Assembly: GCF_016432865.1 (NCBI RefSeq)
Contig: NC_067400.1
Coordinates: forward strand, 620,001 to 684,000
DNA from: Antechinus flavipes
Taxonomy: Eukaryota
Length of the DNA: 64,000 nucleotides
Direction: 5' to 3'
Shown: piece by piece, positions 57,510-64,000 of the stretch
How the letters are laid out: every line of letters begins with the position of its first letter
Numbering within the stretch: position 1 is the first letter of the stretch
The notes under the pieces: model-generated
Told to the model about the DNA's origin: nothing
Database searches by the model: none
Seen by the model: the letters and a program-made list of their open reading frames with translations, nothing else
Program-made: the position numbers and the translations under genes

Positions 57510-58159
57510 AGCCTCCGCTGGAAGCCTTCCAAGGACCAGCAGCTCACCACTTGCAGAGATGCCCTTTCCACTCTCAGCAGCCCCCCAGAGCCCCTTTGCT
57601 GCTTCTCCGCTCACGGCTCGTGGTTCTGGACCCGGACTACATGAAGCAGGGCTCTTCTCTACTGGACAGACCTTCAGGTGCTTGAACAGAGGCTGGTCTC
57701 CTCCAGACTGGACGTGCAGACTTCTTCAGCTGAGTCTCATACAATTTGGACTCAATTCAATGCTCTCCGCCTCCTTGGCTGCCTTCCTCTGCACACAGGT
57801 TAGCATATCTAGCCTTCCAAACGGGGCCCGACAAGGGCAGAGTAGGGGGACCCTCTGATGCCCCTCTTCCTGGAAGTTCTGTGCCTTCTCATGCAGCCCC
57901 AGATGGCCTGGGCCAGAGCCTTGGGACCTAGAGCCCAGGGCAGCCGGATCAGGCCCCCAAAGGGCTGCCCTCTTCTCCAGCAGGCTTCCTCCTTCCCATC
58001 TCTTCCTCTCCAAGTTACCTTGTGATGTTCCCACCTTGTGCCTCTAGAGCCTGGCACAGAATGTGCAGCCGGTATTAGTGCTTATGGAATCTAAAGGAAC
58101 TGAGGGGTCACTGCCCCCAAAACTGCCCCTGGGGAGTCACTCCTGAGCACCATGCGCCT

Positions 58160-58440
58160 TTGTGAGCCCCTTCTGTTCGGACCTGCTCACGGAGGCTTTC
58201 GGTACCGGCCCGAACTCTGATCATGGGTGAGGAGTGAAGGAGTGAAGCTCTCGATGGTCAGAACGGGAGGAGTTTGTTATTCCAAATTCCCTCAGCCTCA
58301 TATACCCTCATACTCTTATATTATAGTATAGTATAGCACCCTGCGCATTCGGACCACATGAACAGCTTGCTATTACGGGCACATGTCTCCTTGCCACTTC
58401 AGTAGCACTCTGCTTGAATTAGGACACAGGTTGTCAACCC
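58160..58440 (-). mobile_element. Probable solo ERV LTR fragment
   Basis: atggtcagaacgggaggagtttgttattcc..ttccctcagcctcatataccc resembles recalled marsupial LTR R/U3 sequence in reverse; TSD not found. Confidence 0.45.
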
Positions 58441-61400
58441 CCTGACTTCTCAGGAAAGCCGAGACGCTCCCAGGGGTGATGGGAAGCCAAACCAGACACA
58501 TCAGCAGGGTTCCTTTTACTGGAGCTCACCCAATGTTCCCCATTCTCTGTGACCCTCTACCTCCTTCTTTTGGGCTCAGCCCCAGTGGTTCCCCCCCAAC
58601 CCCCAGGTTCAGGTGAGTTCTATGTCCCCCACCTTCCCAGACTCCCTCGGCCCTGGAGCTTCCTTGGGGGTCTTCCCTGTGTTCTGAGCTCTCCAGGGCT
58701 TTGGGAATCCCACCAAGGTGTTTTTATCCTTAGTTTTCAAAGAGGACTGACGTCCTGGCTTAGCTCCCGTGAAAGCTGGACGCCTACATTGAGGCATTGC
58801 TGTCATCGGCCTCACTGGTTCTTCCAGAATCATCAAAGTCCAGGGGCAGGACAAGGCTCAGAACATTGACCAGTGGCCCAGAAGGCAGTGGACAGCCTTG
58901 GGGTCTTCCATGTCTGACCAGGCTCTAAGCGCATCCCCTTCCACCAGGGAAGTCCTCATGTGCTTGGGGCAGACACCCCCCTAAATCACTCCTGGGTGAC
59001 CCTCAACCTGTCTTAGCCCATCTGCCAAAATGGTTTCCAGCGTGTGACCTCCACACACGTTCTTATTTCTTGGAGCCACAGGTGACAGCTGAGAGCCAGG
59101 TAGTTGCCCAAAGTGGGAAAGCAGCTTTCACCCCAGCGGTGAAGTCTTCCCAGAATGCTCCACCAGGGTTTAATGTTGAACACTGCCCTGGGAAAGGAAC
59201 ATGAAGCAATTCTGCAAGTGGGCTTTGATCTCCTCTTGTGGCTGAGTACCCAGTCCTACACCAGTCCTATGGGAGGAACCGTGCAGAAACATCATCCCCT
59301 TTCCCCGCGGAGATCCCAGGGTCCTGGGCTGAGCTTTTGTGAGCCTGGCCAGGCATCCAGTCTGACCACCACCACCCCCCGCTGTGATTTCCTCCAACCA
59401 AAGACCCTGAGCCTGGCTGATCTGCAGAGCCAGCCATGCCTTTGGGCTCCTGGGCTTTTACCTGGAACACTCCTGCCAAGCAGGAGCCAGAAAGTCCCAT
59501 ACAGCTCTGAGACAACCCTGGGATTCACCTGATCCAGAAACCACCAGTGAAGGACTTTGTTCCTTTGGAAGGATGAAGGACCCACTGCTTTGGGTATCAG
59601 ACCTTGGCCTGTGGAGAAAATGCCATCTAGTTCAGGGAAAGGTGGAGGGGTGTGAGGTCTTGCTGCCACCCTCGAGGGCCGCCTCTCCTGGGACAGATTT
59701 CTGGGCAATGGATTTACCTGTATCAGCATCCCAGCCGCCAGTCTGCTAAGTGTTAGAGATATTTGTTCCTGAGTTGCAGACTTCCCCCTTCAACTGGCAG
59801 CCCAGGCTATTCAACCATTTCACAAGGGACCCCACTGAGACTGCAAGTGGCCATGGGCCTGGAGCAGAGTCTGAGAAAGGGCTCCAATCTGGAAATATTT
59901 ATTTGTCCATCACAGAAGGGCCAACCAGTCCACAGTCTGTGGAGTGGTGAGAATTTTCTGACCAAAGCCCTTCTCCCACAGACCCCACTGCCCAGCTCTC
60001 CCGAGCCACTGTCCCCAGACCTGGCGGCCCCCTCTCCCCTCAGAACAAGGCCAGCAATCCTTTTCTTTGGCCAAAAAGCCAGAGCCTCTTGGAGCGTGGA
60101 GAAAATAAAATAGCCCGATTCTTTGCGGCACCTTCAATAACCAACGTGACATTGGGAAGGACGCGCCAATATTTGTAATCTCCCCAGACGACTTAAGTAT
60201 TTATAGAACATTGTTTCCTGGCCCAGCTTAAAGGAGGGCCGGATCTAATTTCCTCTGGAGATGGGGGCGCTGGGAGGAATCAGAAAGTGTCTCTCCTCAC
60301 AAACAGCAATAAATAACTCCTTCCGCCCAGAGCTTCTGCCGCAAAGTTGGTGAACGGGAACAGCTTCTCTTCCAAAAGTTCAGCTTTCTTGCCCAAGTCG
60401 GGCTGAGTAGCAGCGGAAGGGTGAAGGGCGAGGGCCGGGTGAGGGGCAGCCCCCCCCGGGGGGCACCTAGGAGGTGTCTGAAGAGAGGGCTCCCCAGTTC
60501 CAGGAGGACGGCTACTTTAGGAGAAGAAAGTTCCTTTAGAAGCACGAGTCCCAGACTGGCCGGGAAAAGCCGCGAGCTCCCTAGGCAGCTCTAGCCGGGG
60601 CCCGCGAGGGAGGATGGCAATCCTGCCAGCTTTTCTCCTGCCTTTGACATCTCGAATGGTTTTTGTGTTAAACATCCAAAGGATGGATATGAAAGAGCAA
60701 AATCTTATCTTCCTTCCAGGGCCGAGAGATGAAAGGACCCTCAGACACCTCAAGCTTCGACCCAGTTTGCCGGGCTTCACTGCAAGCTCCCTTGACAGCA
60801 GCAGTGAGTCTGAGGGAGGTGCAGCGCCCCCCTCCCACCTGTCCTGGATGAATCCTGGACCACAGTAAATCGAGGGACAGCAGGTTTGACTTCAGATTCT
60901 AACAGAACTGGAGTCGGAGCCTCCAATGATAAGTCATTTGGTCAGCCTTTGCGCAGATGAGGAAAGGAGAAGTAGGGACCTGCCTGGAGGTGCAGAGAGG
61001 CCATTTCCATCCGCCGACACTCAGGAAGTTTCGGCTTCTCTGAGAAGAATCTGGGATTTTGAGCGGGCCCCCTCTCCAGTGAAGGGTGAGAGGGAAAATG
61101 CGGGGCTAGAAAGGCTGCGCTCTCCGCTCTTGGTACTCTTTGTGGCACCGGGCTGGGCAGATCAATAGCAGCCGCTCTCTCCATTCCCCTCCTTTCCATT
61201 TAGAGTCCCCATCATCAGATTTACAAGACTCCAGGCAAATCCGTTTTAGTGGCTCTTGTTAAGTGCACTTCAAATCTGGCTTGGAGCCCATCATCCCTAT
61301 ATTTCAAGTTGTGGTCCAGAAAATTTAATTCTTTTCTCCACCGGATTTCCCTGGCCAGCCATTCACTCCCAAAAGGCACCTTCGCCTTCCAAAGTCCTTG

Positions 61401-61680
61401 CCTTTTATTGACCACAGTGAAGAAAATATCACCTGAGATCTCTTGGGCTTCGGCCAAAGCACCATCACTGTCTTCCGCAATTCTCTGGGGACTCCTGCGG
61501 CCAGGATCGCTGGTCACTCGGGAGTCGGTGACTTGGTGACTGGTCGTCAGCCCTGATAATTCCCATGTAACTCTCTGGGACGTCCTGGAATCTTCCCAGA
61601 AAGATCGATGGAGCTATCGCGGTCTCCTGGCTTCTGCTCTGAGCCATGAGCAAACACTCCTCAAGCATCTCCTCTGGCAC

Positions 61681-61722
61681 CAGGAGCTGGGCTGGGAACC
61701 AGGAGCTGGGCTGGGAACCAGG
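61681..61722. repeat. 19-bp perfect tandem duplication (caggagctgggctgggaac)x2
   Basis: seen directly. Confidence 0.9.
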
Positions 61723-62284
61723 GAGACCCCAGCTATGGTCTTTTCTTCCTCTGAGCCTTTGTGGGTAATTTGTGACCTGGGTCCAGCAGGGAAGCCGCCT
61801 GCTCATTTTCTGGAATAGAAGAAGTGGTTTTATCTTGATCTCTGCCCAGCCATGGGTCTGAATCCCATGATCGGTGTCCACCTCCCCACATTCATCTGTC
61901 TTTCTTCCCTTCCTCGTCTGCCCCCGCGTTCCTCTGTTCTCCAATCCTGCTCCCAGGCTGAGCTTCCCCACTGCCTCTCACAAGCCTCTTTTCTTCTGGT
62001 TTCTCCTCAAACCCTCTCACAAAGTGCTAAGACTTCCTGACAAGCTGGAGAGCAGAGAGCATTCCCCAAGCTGCCTTCTCTTCCAGAAAGGAGGCACTCT
62101 GTGAACCCAGTGCTGCTCCCTCACTGGCAGAAACCCAACATGGCACGTCCTTGGTTCAGTCCATCAGGCTCTCCTTGCAGGAAGTGAGATCCACTCTCCT
62201 TTGCCATAGTAATTGTTCCCCAGGACATATTCCCCACTGTTGTGCTGGGGTTTGTCACTGAATTTTCTCAAGCACATTGATCCT

Positions 62285-62430
62285 CCTTCCTCCCTCCCTT
62301 CCTTCTTCCTTCCTTCCCTCCTTTCTTTCATCTTTCCTATATCTATCATCTCTCTCACGATCTATCTTCCTCCAGCTCTCCCTATTATCTACCTTCATCT
62401 CTCTATTCCTATCCACCTCTTCATCTACAC
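62285..62430. repeat. Degenerate (CTTC)n/(TATC)n simple repeat
   Basis: seen directly. Confidence 0.75.
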
Positions 62431-62859
62431 AGGGTTTTTGAAACCTCCTTCCACTATATTCTGTGAGTTCAGCTGCTTTTGATCAATTATTGAGAGAAAC
62501 CTGACAAACAGGTTACCACAACATAAATAGGCTAATGTCAACAAGGGGCTCTCCACCCCGCCTACCACTTAGATCACCTATTTTCCCACTTTTCTCCTCT
62601 TTCCTTGAATGAGAAACTGACTAACTTCATAAGAAAATTATGAGTCCTTCCCTGCTTGGGATGAGTTTGAGTCACCTGATCCAGATGAACTACATCCCTG
62701 AAGACTGAAAGAACGATGGAGCTGTGACTGCTGAAAGGAGTTTAACGGGAAATGTAGAAGGAGACTTCGGAATCCTGGGAAAAGGAAAACCCTGTCCTGA
62801 TGTCCAGAATAAGGAAGAGAATCTGCCAATCAGCCAAGGGGTCCCACTTAGCTTCCTTA

Positions 62860-63315
62860 CAGATTCTGTCCCACAAAAGAGATGACCAGAAGATATCCAG
62901 AAAAGGGATCATTGACTACCCAGAGCCCATTGGGCTTCATCAAGAGCCGGTTGCACCAAACCGATCTTATTTCCTTTTCATGTGGGCTCCCTAAATTAAA
63001 TCAGATGAAAGCTGTGAAGAATAAAGCATTTGACAAAGTGTCCCCAAGACGGAGAGAAGTGAGCTAGACAATAGGAAAATGACATTTAGAGCTGACTGAA
63101 AGGACAGACCAGAAACTTGGTTTGAGCTTGAAATAAGGTCTCCACTGGGAATAATTCTAATGCTTCTCTCTTGCAATTTCTTTTTGCCTTAGCCCAAGGT
63201 AGTTGTTTGTGTTTTAACTGCATTGGGGGGAAATCCTAGAGGAAATTATTTTTCTGGTACGGATGGGACCATGTGGCTTCGGAGGTCCCTTTCAACTATG
63301 GAGATCTGTCATTCT
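62860..63315 (+). mobile_element. CR1/L3 LINE relic: RT fragment plus 3' terminus
   Basis: gggcttcatcaag..cttatttccttt..aaagcatttgacaaagtgtccc (RT) and gaggtccctttcaact..gagatctgtcattct (CR1 3' end). Confidence 0.7.
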
Positions 63316-63354
63316 GCCTCTGTGATATTACAGCCTGTAGCCTCACAGGCTCCC

Positions 63355-63550
63355 TGAGGCAGCTAGATGGTGTAGTGTGCATTTAGGGTTAGAGACCTGG
63401 AGTCATGAATTCAAATCTAACCTTAGACACTTAGTCTTGCATGACCTTTAACTCTGTTTGCCTCAGTTTTCTCACCTGTGAAATGAGGATCACGATAGCA
63501 CCTCCCTCTGAGGGAGCACTTAGCACCGGGCTATAGCACTGTTAGTTATC
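63355..63550 (+). mobile_element. MIR/Mar-type CORE-SINE
   Basis: gaggcagctagatggtg..gaattcaaatct..tgcctcagttttctcacctgtgaaatgagg..gcacttagca. Confidence 0.8.
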
Positions 63551-64000
63551 ACGGCTCCTCAGTGGCATTTATTTTTCCCCTTTAGACTCTCTGCCGTGGA
63601 TGCATCCTATCTCTTCCTCTACTGACTCCCTTTGTCAAGTTGGGATATTTTTAATGTCTTTGAAACCTTCCAACTGCAAGTCTAGCACACTAAAGCCCAT
63701 CATTCCTCTAGGATGGACTCCATCCATCATGAACTCTAAGATCCAGCATCACTTCCCGACAAGGAGCCTTTTACTTCTGTTTCCATTTAGCAAAAAGGAT
63801 TTCCCAGGAGCCTATTGTGTGACCATGAATGTGTATGGGTGGGATATTGATTTACTCACCCTCACCCCACTTAAAGTAAGTGATAAGATGGTTAATCAAT
63901 TCATCTCACTTAGAGGCTTTGCGTGAAGGATAGAAAAAGTCAGTCCTTCAAACCTGAGTGACTGAGGAACTTCAGCCCCATCCCGGCGGGGCTCTTCTAT

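Noticed and set aside
56886-57858. 252- and 305-aa ORFs
   Set aside because: Length is an artefact of translating through the N gap.

Overview
Mammalian genomic DNA, very probably marsupial. It carries MAR1-type and WSINE1-like CORE-SINEs, L2/MIR/CR1 relics and marsupial-type L1 3' fragments, and I saw no Alu/B1. The first 40 kb hold the conserved gene block syntenic with human 17p13.2: NUP88 exon 1 (-, gene runs off the left edge), RPAIN (+, 7 exons, 219 aa), C1QBP (-, only 5 exons, 271 aa), DHX33 (-, 12 exons, 681 aa), DERL2 (-, 7 exons, 239 aa) and MIS12 (+, one coding exon, 203 aa). I rebuilt each model by hand from GT-AG junctions and recalled homology; the complete models splice into open frames. 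The last 24 kb contain no recognisable protein-coding exon, only old repeats, VNTRs, a 233-N gap and several AT-rich, homeodomain-motif-dense islands that look like developmental enhancers. Best leads: (1) an apparently exact loss of the last C1QBP intron; (2) a 43-residue Gly/Ser linker expansion in NUP88; (3) two consecutive U12-type introns flanking DERL2 exon 4; (4) tail-to-tail overlap of the RPAIN and C1QBP 3' ends; (5) four DMRT-like palindromes upstream of C1QBP; (6) no NLRP1 after MIS12, with enhancer-like islands instead. I found no wholly new multi-gene system. Comparisons with human genes are from memory and need verification; repeat boundaries are approximate.
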